Origin: Candidatus Moraniibacteriota bacterium | GTDB lineage: Bacteria > Patescibacteriota > Minisyncoccia > Moranbacterales > UBA1568 | Length of the DNA: 64,000 bases | NCBI GenBank assembly: GCA_052034935.1 | Contig: JBPOIB010000001.1 | Span: forward strand, 1,341-65,340 | Reading direction: 5' to 3' | Position numbers and translations under genes: made by a program | In this document: positions 30,690 to 40,838 of the stretch, one piece after another | Numbering within the stretch: the stretch's first letter is position 1 | Layout of the letters: each line of letters opens with the position of its first letter | Notes under the pieces: generated by a model | Databases searched by the model: none | Told to the model about the DNA's origin: nothing | Seen by the model: the letters and a program-made list of their open reading frames with translations, nothing else

Positions 30690-32780
30690 ATGTCACTTGA
30701 AGTCGTTCTGGCGGTCGCCGTGCTCATGCTCATCTGTATCGGGACGTATTTCGTCGCCGGCCGTCTGAAGCTGCCCTATACGGTGCTCCTTGTCATTGTC
30801 GGTTCGATTTTGGTGCCTCTTACGCATTTTGAGTTCTTTCACTTCATCAAGAGCTTCCAACTTACTCCCGAGCTCCTCTTCTTCGTTTTTCTTCCGGTGC
30901 TCATCTTCGAGTCAGCCTATAACATGAACATGCGCGAGATGGCGGAAAATGTCCGCTCGATCTCGTGGCTTTCAGTCGTGAGTCTCCTTGTCTCAGCATT
31001 TTTCGTCGCGGGAGCGCTGTTCTTTGGGCTCAAGCTTATCGGTTTCCCGGTGCCGTTCATGGCGACGCTCATTTTCGGTGCGCTCATCTCAGCGACTGAT
31101 CCGGTGGCGGTACTTGCCTTGTTCAAGGAGTTCGGCGTGCCGCGCCGGCTCTCGCTCATCTTCGAAGGAGAGAGTCTCTTCAATGACGGTACCTCGCTTG
31201 CGCTCTTCCTCATCGTGCTCGAGGTGGCGATGGTCGGTTTCACCGGCTTCGGGACGATTTTTGAAGGTCTCTTCATGTTCACGAGCATGGTCGTCGGCGG
31301 TATTATCTTCGGTCTTTTCATGGGTTTTCTTTTCTCTAAGATGATCGGCAAAGTGAAGGATAACGAGCATATCGAGATTACGCTGACGATGCTCGTGGCC
31401 CATCTCACCTTCATTCTCTCGGAGCTCATCTCGCATCATCTCGTCCTTTTCGGTCAGGAGATTAAGTTCTCATCGATCATTGCGACGGTCATGGCGTCGA
31501 TGGTCATCGGCAATTACGGCCGCTTCAAGATCTCGCCGCGCGTTGAGGAATACATGGAGAAGTTCTGGGGCTACTTCGCTTTCGTCGCGAACTCAATGGT
31601 CTTTATTCTGATGGGGCTCCTCTTCGCCGACCTGCCGATCCGCTTTGATCAGTTTATCGTACCGATGCTCATCACAGTCGTTATCGTGCTGGTCGGTCGA
31701 GCGCTCTCCATCTATCCGGTCGTCGCTTTCGTGAACTGGCTCAAAAAGGAAGAACCGATTCCTATGAGCTGGCAGCATCTGCTCGCGTGGGGGAGTCTCC
31801 GAGGAGCGCTTGCGGTCACCATGGTGCTTCTTATTCCGAATGATTTTGCGCTGCCGGGCTGGACCTACGACTTCACCGTGAAGGAATTTATCGCGGCGAT
31901 TACGATCGGCTGCATCTATTTCACGCTCTGCATCAAGGCGACAACCATCGGCGCGATGATAAAGAAGATGAAACTGTCCGAACTTACTCCGCTCGAAACG
32001 CTCGAGTATAACGAGTGCTCCGCTCTCATTTATCAGGAGGCGCTCGAAAAGCTTGAGGATTTCCATTCTAAGGGGTATGTCAAAGACGATATCTTTGATC
32101 GGCTGAAGCGCGAGTATGGTGAGCGGTACGAGAAATCGGTCGGTGCGTGCAAAAGCCTGTTCGTCGTGACGCCGGACGATATGAGTCGCGCACTCCAGAT
32201 GTATGCGCTGGGTATGGAGAAACGCTTCCTTCGAGAGCTCTTCATCTACCAGGAGGTCTCCGAGTCGGAATACAAGGAGATTCTGAATAAGATTGCAATC
32301 CAGACAAGTCGGGTCGAAGAGGGGAGAGAACAAGTATCTAGCCATGCGGAGCGGTTCAAACAAGACTGGTTCGAGACGCTCGTGCTTTGGTTCCGGAAGA
32401 AATTTAAGCCGAAATCCGACAAACAGGAAATGCTAGAAGAGTACCGTTATTATCGGGCCCAGGAAATTGTCCTTGCGAAAGTATTGCGCCGTCTGAAATC
32501 GCTTGAAAAACGCACCCCAGGGCTATACGGTGATACGGAGTCGAGTGACTCGGTTATTGCCCTCTATGAGGGTTTGCGAGCTGATGCTGAAGAGAAACGT
32601 GATCGCGCGGCTGCTCAAATCGGTACTGAACTTTCGTACCTCAATGAATCGTTCGGCCGTTCAGCCTTGTTCAAGACTGAAGAGCGGATGCTCGACGAGC
32701 TCCTCGAGAGCTCGATGCTCCCGCCAAAGGTCGCCACAATGCTCTATAATGAGCTCAGGGACAAGACGTATTCAACTTAG
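30690..32780 (+). CDS. CPA1 family Na+/H+ antiporter
   Basis: FLPVLIFESA, ISATDPVAV, EGESLFNDG and GSLRGAL; many TM helices plus a cytoplasmic tail. Confidence 0.92.
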   Translation: MSLEVVLAVAVLMLICIGTYFVAGRLKLPYTVLLVIVGSILVPLTHFEFFHFIKSFQLTPELLFFVFLPVLIFESAYNMNMREMAENVRSISWLSVVSLLVSAFFVAGALFFGLKLIGFPVPFMATLIFGALISATDPVAVLALFKEFGVPRRLSLIFEGESLFNDGTSLALFLIVLEVAMVGFTGFGTIFEGLFMFTSMVVGGIIFGLFMGFLFSKMIGKVKDNEHIEITLTMLVAHLTFILSELISHHLVLFGQEIKFSSIIATVMASMVIGNYGRFKISPRVEEYMEKFWGYFAFVANSMVFILMGLLFADLPIRFDQFIVPMLITVVIVLVGRALSIYPVVAFVNWLKKEEPIPMSWQHLLAWGSLRGALAVTMVLLIPNDFALPGWTYDFTVKEFIAAITIGCIYFTLCIKATTIGAMIKKMKLSELTPLETLEYNECSALIYQEALEKLEDFHSKGYVKDDIFDRLKREYGERYEKSVGACKSLFVVTPDDMSRALQMYALGMEKRFLRELFIYQEVSESEYKEILNKIAIQTSRVEEGREQVSSHAERFKQDWFETLVLWFRKKFKPKSDKQEMLEEYRYYRAQEIVLAKVLRRLKSLEKRTPGLYGDTESSDSVIALYEGLRADAEEKRDRAAAQIGTELSYLNESFGRSALFKTEERMLDELLESSMLPPKVATMLYNELRDKTYST

Positions 32781-32788
32781 AAAACGGC

Positions 32789-33412
32789 ATGGAATTCTTC
32801 GGTATCGACATGGTCGAGGCGATCAAGACGATTGGATATGTCGGTTTGTTCGCCATCATTTTCGCAGAGACGGGACTTTTTCTCGGATTTTTTTTCCCGG
32901 GAGATAGTCTTCTCTTCGTCGCGGGAGTGCTCGCCGCTCAGGGATTTTTCTCCCTGCCGCTTCTCCTCGTCATCCTGTTTTCGGCTGCTTTTCTCGGGAA
33001 CATGGTCGGCTACTGGTTCGGGGCCTATGTCGGTCCGAAGATATTTTCGCGTGAAGACTCCTTCCTCTTTCGGAAGTCGCATGTGTTGAAGGCACAGGCA
33101 TTCTATGAAAAATACGGCGGTAAGACCATTGTCCTCGCCCGCTTCATGCCGATTGTTCGAACCTTTGCGCCAATCGTCGCGGGTGTCGCCCGGATGCATT
33201 ACGGTACCTTCGCCTTTTTTAACTTCATCGGGGCGCTGCTCTGGTCGGTTGGTCTGACGGTCGCCGCCTACTATCTCGGCGGTCTCGTCGAAAACATCGA
33301 CCAGTATCTCTTCCCGATTATCGCGCTCATCATTGTCCTCTCGGTCCTGCCAGGCGTTTTCGAATATTGGCGCAATCGGAGAGAGAGGCGGTCGCAAGCA
33401 GGGGAGATTTGA
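32789..33412 (+). CDS. DedA/VTT family membrane protein
   Basis: FAETGL...FPGDSLLF and ARFMPIVRTFAPIVAG. Confidence 0.93.
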   Translation: MEFFGIDMVEAIKTIGYVGLFAIIFAETGLFLGFFFPGDSLLFVAGVLAAQGFFSLPLLLVILFSAAFLGNMVGYWFGAYVGPKIFSREDSFLFRKSHVLKAQAFYEKYGGKTIVLARFMPIVRTFAPIVAGVARMHYGTFAFFNFIGALLWSVGLTVAAYYLGGLVENIDQYLFPIIALIIVLSVLPGVFEYWRNRRERRSQAGEI

Positions 33413-33485
33413 CAGGCATCTTTCCGTTTCGTTCAAAAGCGCTACACTAGAGGCAGCCAGACAACCCTGAAAGGAGGGTAGAGTC

Positions 33486-33749
33486 ATGACTCATCGTCGA
33501 CCGCCGCAAGTCGTTCCTCGCAAGCGGAAGGAGCCGGCCGAGATAGCGGCCGTCTCTGCCGCATCGCCCGCGCACGGGATGTCACTCTTCGATCCCTGGG
33601 GAGTGCTCGAAAACCTTTCGAGGCTGAGCGGTCTCCTCGTTCTTTCTCCGGAGAAGAACCAGGCGTGGACGAAGAACTGGACAGTTTTGTGGAGCGATCA
33701 GATGCGACGCTGCGCTTTCTACCTGAAGTGGCCCATGGGGCTTGGGTAG
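33486..33749 (+). CDS. Orphan small hypothetical protein
   Basis: ATG preceded by a strong AAGGAGG; no motif recognised. Confidence 0.5.
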   Translation: MTHRRPPQVVPRKRKEPAEIAAVSAASPAHGMSLFDPWGVLENLSRLSGLLVLSPEKNQAWTKNWTVLWSDQMRRCAFYLKWPMGLG

Positions 33750-33910
33750 CCGCAGTTTTCTTCGGAGATGCTCCCTTCGGCATACGGCAGCGGTCTTTAC
33801 GAGATTGCTGCCATTCTTTTTGAGAAAGTACCTCCTTTGTTGGCTACTCATTAAAAAAAGAGACAAAAAAACATCCCCGTGAGGGGATGTTTTCCAAGTA
33901 AAACGCGTGA

Positions 33911-34108
33911 TTAGACGCGAGTTACGTTGACTGCCGCAGGGCCCTTCTCGCCCTCAACGACCTCGAAGCTCACCATATCGCCGACTTTGAGTTCGTCGTA
34001 GGTTACGCCTGAAAGATCCTTGGAGTGGAAGAAAAGATCCTTCGTCTCGCCTTCGCGGGAGATGAATCCAAATCCTCGGTCTGTGAGCGTCTTGATAGTA
34101 CCGGTCAT
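33911..34108 (-). CDS. Cold-shock domain protein
   Basis: RGFGFI and LFFH RNP motifs, GEKGPAAVNV; terminator at 33865-33893. Confidence 0.95.
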   Translation of the reverse strand: MTGTIKTLTDRGFGFISREGETKDLFFHSKDLSGVTYDELKVGDMVSFEVVEGEKGPAAVNVTRV

Positions 34109-34281
34109 AGCTTTACTGCCTAGGTTTCAATTAGTCCAGAGCAACAGGGGTCCGACTACACCCGCGTTTTCTCTATTGGTTAGAGTATAGCAGACTTCTC
34201 TAGAAAAGTACAGCCCAGGCTGGCGCCTAATCCAGGTACGAACCGATAACCGCACTGATAAAAAATACCGGTAAAAGGCTT

Positions 34282-34914
34282 CTAGGCGCCCTCTTTATGC
34301 TGCAGCCGGGCGAGGAGCGCTTCACGAGTATCAACCGTTTCAGCGCCGGCTACCTGAAGCGCCTCCTTGGTGTTCAGCCCCCAAGTAACGGCAATGATAT
34401 CGAGGCCGGCTTTTCGGCAGGCGTCGACATCGCGCACTTCGTCGCCAACGTAGATCACCTCAGATCGGCTGAGTGATTGTTCAACGAAGACTTTTTTCAA
34501 GACAGTAGCCTTGCCGAAGAGCGAACTCTGATAGACAAAATCGGTAACGATTCCGAAGCGCTCAAGGAGAGCGAGGACAGTCGCCTTTTCACTCGATGAG
34601 ACGATACCGACCCGGCGGCCCTCGTTCCGGAGCGTCGCGATGAGTTCGGTGATACCAGGAAAGAGCTCGACTTCTTGGACAAGTTTGAAGTATTCTTCAC
34701 GACCACGTTTCAGGATTTTCGGTAGAAAGATAGCTCTCCAGCCAAGCCGTTTGAAGACGAGTGTTTTCAGGTGGAGCTTTTTCAGGGCCGGCAGCTCTTC
34801 AGGAACGATTGGGGTATAGCCGAATTCAGCCGAGAGCTGGTTGTAGAGTTTCAAGAAAATGGGTTCGATATCAACGAGCGTGCCGTCAAGATCGAAGATG
34901 ACTGTCTTTTTCAT
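34282..34914 (-). CDS. HAD-IA family phosphatase
   Basis: IFDLDGTL and YVGDEVRD. Confidence 0.9.
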   Translation of the reverse strand: MKKTVIFDLDGTLVDIEPIFLKLYNQLSAEFGYTPIVPEELPALKKLHLKTLVFKRLGWRAIFLPKILKRGREEYFKLVQEVELFPGITELIATLRNEGRRVGIVSSSEKATVLALLERFGIVTDFVYQSSLFGKATVLKKVFVEQSLSRSEVIYVGDEVRDVDACRKAGLDIIAVTWGLNTKEALQVAGAETVDTREALLARLQHKEGA

Positions 34915-34924
34915 AGGAAATGGG

Positions 34925-36616
34925 TTATCGGATAGACAGCTTCTTCAACGCGAGGAAAACGGAGAGGAAACAGAAGATGAGCGATATGAGTGCAAAGAGA
35001 GGGAGAAGGAGTCCTTCTGGCCGTAGGAATGAGTCCCGCACCGCGTAGGCTGCGAGACCACCGTAGAGGAGCGAGGTGAAGATGAAGGTCAGTCCGGGAA
35101 GCGAGGTGCTGAGGAGCTCCGGATCATCCGTCTCCAGATTTGGGAAGAGCGCTCCGAGAGCAAGTCCGTAGATGGTGACCGTAATCGCAGCGAGACAGAC
35201 GCTCCCGAGAATGACCGCGCTACCGAAAAGGGATGTCTCCATGATGAAGGAATTGAGGAGGGTGAAAAGCGCTCCGAGAAAAGCGAAGAGCGGCACATAG
35301 AAAACGGCGCGGCCGATGAAGAGCGCCGCAGGATTGATCGGAGCGCTTTGGATGATACGGCTCATCTTTGGATCCATGCTGAACGCTGGGAAAGCGAAAC
35401 GGAGAACGAACATATTAACGAAGTAGATCGTCGCGGCGACCTGGAGCGCAATCACGAGGAAAGGCGTGGCAGCTGGTCGCTCTGAGAGCTTGTGGCCGAG
35501 GATGAACATTGAGCCGACCTGAAGGAGCCAGATGAGGCAGAAAAAGCCGAACCAGGCCATGCCGCTCGGGCTGCGGAAGAACACAACGAGTTCACGACGG
35601 AAGAGGGCTCGTTCAGGTCCGGATGACCGGGCGATGATATTTCGGAACAGTGAAAGCGAATGGAGTCTTCCAGGACCTCGGTTTTCTTGGAATATCTGCC
35701 AGAGCACGAGGTGATACCGTCTGAAGAAGAGAAAGAGGCTTGTTACAATTGCCAAGAAGACAAGGAGGAGCGATACGTTTTTCACGATTGTGGCGAGATC
35801 ATTTTGGCCGGCGGAAAACAGGATGAACGCAGCCGGGTGCGATGGCAGAAAAATGAAATGGTCTCGCACGAGGGCTGAATCAGCGGTGACGAGTTCGACA
35901 GCTTCAGTCTTGAAGAGGACATTTAGGCGGATTTCACTGATGTCCTGCCAGAGGAGGAGAAAAACGGCGCTCGCCAGGAGGAAAAGAGAGAGAGCAAGCG
36001 TCTCGAAGCGGAGTAGTGAGTGTTTCAGCTTCAAGAGAATCCAGGCGACGAGGAGGATAAGCGTGAGTGCAGATACGACAGCGAATGCGACAAAAAGTGC
36101 CAGTGCCAGCAGGGTGAGAAACGAACCGGTGAATGAGAGCGTATAGGTTCGGGCGATAGCAGCGAGAGCGGGAAGAACGATGACGAGAATGGGCCAGAGT
36201 GAGGTGATGAACATCCGGGAAAGCACGAGGACGGGGATGATGGAGAATTTGGGCGAAACGGCGATGAGGATACGGCCTTGGCTGGAGAAGAGGCTGAAGA
36301 GCCCTGTGATGAGCGCGCTTGCGAAAACAAGAACGAAGACGGCGAACATGAAGAGTTCGTAAAGGTAGAGGAGTACCGCGTCGTTGAAGTAGTCGGTCAG
36401 CACGATGAAGCGCAGCGTGTGCGAGAAAAACGAGAAAATACCAACCATCATGAGAAGCGCGATGCCGAGAAAAATCGCGATGGTCGTCAATTTGGCGGCG
36501 CGGTTGTCCTGGAAGTAACGTCCAGCGCGGCGGAAAGAATGATTGAAGAGAAGGGAAAACACAGGCTTAGGTATTGAGAGCGGAGTAGAGCTCTTCGAGT
36601 GAAGCGTTCGGCCCAC
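34925..36616 (-). CDS. Putative ABC transporter permease
   Basis: Multi-TM ORF directly downstream of an ABC ATPase. Start uncertain (GTG 36616 or GTG 36562). Confidence 0.75.
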   Translation of the reverse strand: MGRTLHSKSSTPLSIPKPVFSLLFNHSFRRAGRYFQDNRAAKLTTIAIFLGIALLMMVGIFSFFSHTLRFIVLTDYFNDAVLLYLYELFMFAVFVLVFASALITGLFSLFSSQGRILIAVSPKFSIIPVLVLSRMFITSLWPILVIVLPALAAIARTYTLSFTGSFLTLLALALFVAFAVVSALTLILLVAWILLKLKHSLLRFETLALSLFLLASAVFLLLWQDISEIRLNVLFKTEAVELVTADSALVRDHFIFLPSHPAAFILFSAGQNDLATIVKNVSLLLVFLAIVTSLFLFFRRYHLVLWQIFQENRGPGRLHSLSLFRNIIARSSGPERALFRRELVVFFRSPSGMAWFGFFCLIWLLQVGSMFILGHKLSERPAATPFLVIALQVAATIYFVNMFVLRFAFPAFSMDPKMSRIIQSAPINPAALFIGRAVFYVPLFAFLGALFTLLNSFIMETSLFGSAVILGSVCLAAITVTIYGLALGALFPNLETDDPELLSTSLPGLTFIFTSLLYGGLAAYAVRDSFLRPEGLLLPLFALISLIFCFLSVFLALKKLSIR

Positions 36617-37289
36617 GTTCGGCCCGATGGCGCGTCTCTTCGAGCGTACCGATAGATACCAGTTTTCCCTGTTTCAGAATCCCGATCCGATCCGAGATCG
36701 CTTCGGCGACCGGCAGCGTATGAGTGACGAGGAAGACCGAGCCACCATTTTTGGCGAACTCCTGAAAGACTTTCTTCGCGGTAGCGGCGCTAGCGACATC
36801 GAGTCCGACGATCGGTTCATCGATGAGGAGTACTTTCGGTTCGTGGAGAAGGGCGGCGAGAATGCTGAATTTCTGCTTATTGCCGCGCGAGTAGCCGTCG
36901 AAAAGGTTGGTCTCGCTTCCGTCGAGCTGGAAAAGTGGTAGAAGCTCGGTGATTTTCTTCTGGCGTGTTTCTTCTGGAACGCTATAGAGCGCGCCGACGA
37001 AGTGGAGGAATTCTTCTCCGGTCATGCCGGGCCAGGCAGCGGGTTCATCGGGGATGTAGCCGATCTTCGCTTTGGTCTCGATCGGGTTCGCAACCGTGTC
37101 CTGGCCGCCGACCGTGATGCTGCCGCCATCCGGCCGGAGGATGCCCGCGATCATTTTGATGATGGTCGTCTTGCCGGAGCCGTTCGCGCCGATAAGCGAG
37201 AAAATCTCGCCGGGCGCGACCGAGAGGCTGACATCACTCACGGCGACCTTGTCACCGAAGCGCCGCGTCACGTGATCGAGAGTAATCAT
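36567..37289 (-). CDS. ABC transporter ATP-binding protein
   Basis: GANGSGKT, YSRGNKQK, LIDEP and H-loop. Confidence 0.93.
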   Translation of the reverse strand: MITLDHVTRRFGDKVAVSDVSLSVAPGEIFSLIGANGSGKTTIIKMIAGILRPDGGSITVGGQDTVANPIETKAKIGYIPDEPAAWPGMTGEEFLHFVGALYSVPEETRQKKITELLPLFQLDGSETNLFDGYSRGNKQKFSILAALLHEPKVLLIDEPIVGLDVASAATAKKVFQEFAKNGGSVFLVTHTLPVAEAISDRIGILKQGKLVSIGTLEETRHRAERGPNASLEELYSALNT

Positions 37290-37421
37290 AGGAGTAAGTG
37301 AGGAAATCAGTACTCGTATTGTAACAGGCCTTTTAGCGGCTTCAAAAAGTATTCTTTCGTTGACTTTTAGGGTGTCAGACGCTATAACGGCAGGAGTTCT
37401 TTGCGCGAAAGGAATGGCATC

Positions 37422-37853
37422 ATGAGCAGTCTCAAGAGGTCAATCGCCACCTGTCGGATGAGCGATATGAAAAATTCGCCGCCGGAGGGTCATACCCCGC
37501 TCGTTCGTACGGCGGGCAAGAAGCCGCGTTTTTCCCGGGGTCAGGTATGGGTTGAAATCGGAAACGATCGTGTCTGGCGAATCCGGGAAATCGCCCGTTT
37601 TGGTAAGGGGGGTCGGAAGTTCCGGATCACCCTTGCTCCGTACTCGGGCGATGCTGCGTCAATCGAGCTGACTGAACTCCGGCTGTCTCAGACTATGCGG
37701 GTTTGGGAGGCAGCCATTCAGGCGAAGGGGAAATTTCTCGCCCAGATGCGCCAGGATTTCAATGCCGGCGTCTGGGCTGATCAATTCTCGTCCTTCGAAG
37801 AGTTCGCTCGTCACTTTGGCATCGACCCGGTGACAGGCTTCCGCATCGATTGA
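37422..37853 (+). CDS. Orphan hypothetical protein
   Basis: Promoter TTGACT-17-TATAAC (37360-37388), AAGGA then ATG at 37422. Confidence 0.6.
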   Translation: MSSLKRSIATCRMSDMKNSPPEGHTPLVRTAGKKPRFSRGQVWVEIGNDRVWRIREIARFGKGGRKFRITLAPYSGDAASIELTELRLSQTMRVWEAAIQAKGKFLAQMRQDFNAGVWADQFSSFEEFARHFGIDPVTGFRID

Positions 37854-37923
37854 TGCGGTTTTTTATAAGAAAAAAGCCGAAGCGGTGACGCTTCGGCGTG
37901 AGGGGCGGCCAGTAGCCACCGGG

Positions 37924-38865
37924 TCAGGGGAGGATGTCGGCCGGCTGGTCCTGCGAGAGGACATCGGCCTGGAACGCGGCGAGCGGCTGCCCGAGAAGCG
38001 CCTCGGCGATTTCCTCGTAGCGCGCGACCGTCCCGTCGATCGCTGCCTGCGGGAATTCGAGCGGGATTTTCGATCCGCCTGCCCAGAGGTTTTCGGCGGT
38101 TTCGCGCAGGTACTGCTTGTCGAGCCAAGCCGGTTCCTGGCCGACGGTGATGCCGTCCGCATGGACGAAACGGCAGGAATCCGGCGTCAGGCACTCGTCG
38201 CCGAGGACGAGATTGCCGTGCGAGTCGGTCCCGAGCTCGAACTTGCCATCGATGATCTCGATGCCGCGCGCATAGGCGAATTCCCGGCCCATCTCGTAGG
38301 CCTGGAGCGCTAGGAAATACGCGTCCGAGTAGTGCGTGGCCGTCTCGAGCGCATCGAGGGGATCGTCAGTCTCTGACTTGTCGGTCGGGGTGAACATCGT
38401 CTCGACGAAGGGCGACATCAGCTCGAGTCCGGCCGGAAGCTCGAGTCCGTACGGGTCCGGCCGTCCTTTGGAGTACCAGTCTTTCCAGAGGCTGCCGGCC
38501 ATTCGGCTCCGAAAGATGAATTCGACCGGGAACATCGCGAGGCGGCGGACGATGACGGCACGCAGGTGGAGATCGCCCGGATAGGTGCCATCCGGCAGAA
38601 ACCGGTAGATGCCCCGGCCATAGGCCACCAGGTGCGTCTTGATGCCTTGGAAGACCTCGGTCATCCAGTAGACAGTGAGCGCGTTGAGCGTGTGGCCCTT
38701 GCTGGGGATCCGGCTCAGGTGCACGACATTGTGCGTGCTCACCCGGTCCGTCGCGACGACGAGGAAGTACTCGGGGTAGCCGGGGATTTCGAAGGTGTCG
38801 CGGACCTTGCCCTGATGCAGAAGCCGGAGGTCGAAAAGCGCGGGCGGGAATGCAAAGGAACTCAT
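37924..38865 (-). CDS. purC: SAICAR synthetase
   Basis: HQGKVRD, VATDRVS, FTPTDK, IIDGKFELG, DECLTPDSCRF and DKQYLR. Confidence 0.93.
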   Translation of the reverse strand: MSSFAFPPALFDLRLLHQGKVRDTFEIPGYPEYFLVVATDRVSTHNVVHLSRIPSKGHTLNALTVYWMTEVFQGIKTHLVAYGRGIYRFLPDGTYPGDLHLRAVIVRRLAMFPVEFIFRSRMAGSLWKDWYSKGRPDPYGLELPAGLELMSPFVETMFTPTDKSETDDPLDALETATHYSDAYFLALQAYEMGREFAYARGIEIIDGKFELGTDSHGNLVLGDECLTPDSCRFVHADGITVGQEPAWLDKQYLRETAENLWAGGSKIPLEFPQAAIDGTVARYEEIAEALLGQPLAAFQADVLSQDQPADILP

Positions 38866-38971
38866 GCTTGATTTCTCCGTTGGAGGGTGGCAAAAAAGGC
38901 CTCGAAAGGCCCGGTATTTGGCACAGGCAATCTAGAATATCGCTCACCCTTTGTCAAAGGGAACACAGCGG

Positions 38972-39289
38972 TCATTTGAACTCGAAGAGGATGTCGCGGA
39001 AATTCGTGATGCGGCCCTGCTTATCGAGGAGGGTACCTTCTTTTTTGTAGAGCTTCATCCGGGTGGCGCGATGCCGGTCGTCGATCCAGATACGGCCATC
39101 GGCATAGACGATGCGGTGAAAGGGGATGTTCTTTTCGCCGTTGTCCCAAGCCCTGGAAAGAATCCCGGTGATGCTCTGCGAAGCCATATTGCTCCCACCT
39201 GCGGCGCGCGCGATCCGGCCATAGGTGGTCACTCGTCCAGCGGGGATGGAGAGCGCGAGTTTCACGACGCGTTCACTGAAGGTTGGCAT
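38972..39289 (-). CDS. Alkyltransferase-like (ATL/MGMT family) DNA-binding protein
   Basis: IPAGRVTTYGRIA and PFHRIV, with Phe in place of the catalytic Cys. Confidence 0.85.
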   Translation of the reverse strand: MPTFSERVVKLALSIPAGRVTTYGRIARAAGGSNMASQSITGILSRAWDNGEKNIPFHRIVYADGRIWIDDRHRATRMKLYKKEGTLLDKQGRITNFRDILFEFK

Positions 39290-39291
39290 AG

Positions 39292-39963
39292 CTATTGAAG
39301 AAGCTTTTTTAATGTTATGAGGAGTCCTTCGCGGCTTTCAAATCGGAAATCATGGTCGCCATCAATGTCGATTATCTGAATTTTCGGCGAGAGATCAGAT
39401 ATATTTGAATTGGAAACTACCTCATCTTGTTTGGCTCGGATAATGATAAGTTCGATCTGTTCTGCGAGCGAATTGAAGAGAACGATGGGATCGATTGATT
39501 CGCGTTCTTTCCAGAATATTGCTGGAACGAGAGTGAAGCTCCCGTCACGCCTCGCCAGTCGAGAGAGACCTTCGGGGTTAATGACGGATCCGGGGCGTCC
39601 AACGAAACGGGAGAGGGATGATGATTTCAATTCCAGTGGGGGAGCCAGAAAGACGATTTTTCGAATACCGATGGGTAAGGCCAGTGCTGCGACTACACAG
39701 CCGAGTGAGTGCGCGACGATATCAAGCGTGCTCGTTGGAAATTTCTCTTTCGCTGCCACAATCTCAGTAAGCAGGATATTTTTCTGATCGGATAAAGGTC
39801 GGACGGTCAGGGTGTTTTTAGCCTGGTCGGGGATATTGTAGTCGAAGAGGATGCTTTCGGTCTCTGGAAAGGCTGAGGCGATGTCAGTGAAGAGTCCTCG
39901 AGCATCACGTTCCACGCCAAAGCCATGAGAATAAACGATAACGTGTTTTGGAGAAGAATTCAT
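39292..39963 (-). CDS. Alpha/beta hydrolase
   Basis: HGFG, AHSLG, DEVV and GDHDF. Confidence 0.82.
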   Translation of the reverse strand: MNSSPKHVIVYSHGFGVERDARGLFTDIASAFPETESILFDYNIPDQAKNTLTVRPLSDQKNILLTEIVAAKEKFPTSTLDIVAHSLGCVVAALALPIGIRKIVFLAPPLELKSSSLSRFVGRPGSVINPEGLSRLARRDGSFTLVPAIFWKERESIDPIVLFNSLAEQIELIIIRAKQDEVVSNSNISDLSPKIQIIDIDGDHDFRFESREGLLITLKKLLQ

Positions 39964-39999
39964 AAAGTGCTAAGGCTCTGGGACGAAGTTGGAACTTAT

Positions 40000-40656
40000 C
40001 TAAGGAATTAGAATACTAAACTCTTTTTCAGTTTCAGCAACATTTCCCCAATCAATTTCATTAATACTTCTATCTAGAGATCTGATAAGCTGGTTTTCAA
40101 TATTTCTAGCAGCGCTCAGTAAATCTTCAAAGTCTGGCCTTTTGGTATATTGCGGCATTCGACTCCGAACATCAGAGAGTCTCTCTTCAAGAGTTACAAT
40201 TCCATGAGGCATAACACGCATATCTGCGTAAAGAAGAATTTTTGAATACCAATCGTCATCCAATGAAACGGACACAGCATTTGAAAATGATTTATCCTGG
40301 ATAACATCTAGTAAATTTCCCGTGACACCGATTTCTTTTAACATATTACCACTTGCAATATGGTCATCAGCACCATATTTTTTGACGATTCTTTTCTGAA
40401 CTTCTTTCCAATAATTAACGTTTGAAGCTTCCGATCCTAAAAATTCAGGATGAGCTTCAAAATTAAACTTCACAATATTACCAATATCATGTAAAAGAGC
40501 GGCCTTAATAACAAAACTCCAATCAATTTTATCTCCCACCCAATGATCTCGAATACTACAAACAACTCTTGCAACAGTGTACATATGCTGGGCAAGATTT
40601 GGAGGGATACAAAATTCGGAGTAAATCTCCCTAATAGTTCTTGTTTGAGAATTCAT
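40000..40656 (-). CDS. HD-domain protein (low GC)
   Basis: ATG at 40656; H...AALLHDIG...H...YAD. The ORF-track extension to 40740 runs through the tRNA. Confidence 0.82.
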   Translation of the reverse strand: MNSQTRTIREIYSEFCIPPNLAQHMYTVARVVCSIRDHWVGDKIDWSFVIKAALLHDIGNIVKFNFEAHPEFLGSEASNVNYWKEVQKRIVKKYGADDHIASGNMLKEIGVTGNLLDVIQDKSFSNAVSVSLDDDWYSKILLYADMRVMPHGIVTLEERLSDVRSRMPQYTKRPDFEDLLSAARNIENQLIRSLDRSINEIDWGNVAETEKEFSILIP

Positions 40657-40667
40657 AATTTTATTTG

Positions 40668-40739
40668 CTGGGGAGGATGGGATCGAACCATCGCATGGAG
40701 GCTTCAAAGGCCCCTGCCTTACCGCTTGGCTACTCCCCA
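40668..40739 (-). tRNA. tRNA-Gln(TTG)
   Basis: TGGGGAG/CTCCCCA acceptor stem, D-arm TAGCCAAGCGGTAAGGC, anticodon arm GGGGC-CT-TTG-AA-GCCTC and T-loop GGTTCGATCC; CCA is not encoded. Confidence 0.96.
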
Positions 40740-40744
40740 ATGGA

Positions 40745-40838
40745 TGAAGAATGTGGAATTTTGAATCAAGAATTTAGGGGAAATCCAAGATTCCAAAAAA
40801 ACCTGGATTCATAGACTCTTGATTCAAGATTCATTAGT
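40745..40838. repeat. Inverted array of degenerate heptamer repeats
   Basis: TGAAGAA TGTGGAA TTTTGAA TCAAGAA faces ...TTGATTC AAGATTC; the core is a 15/18 inverted match. Confidence 0.6.

Noticed and set aside
40657-40740. N-terminal 28 aa of ORF 40000..40740
   Set aside because: It is a translation of the tRNA-Gln gene.
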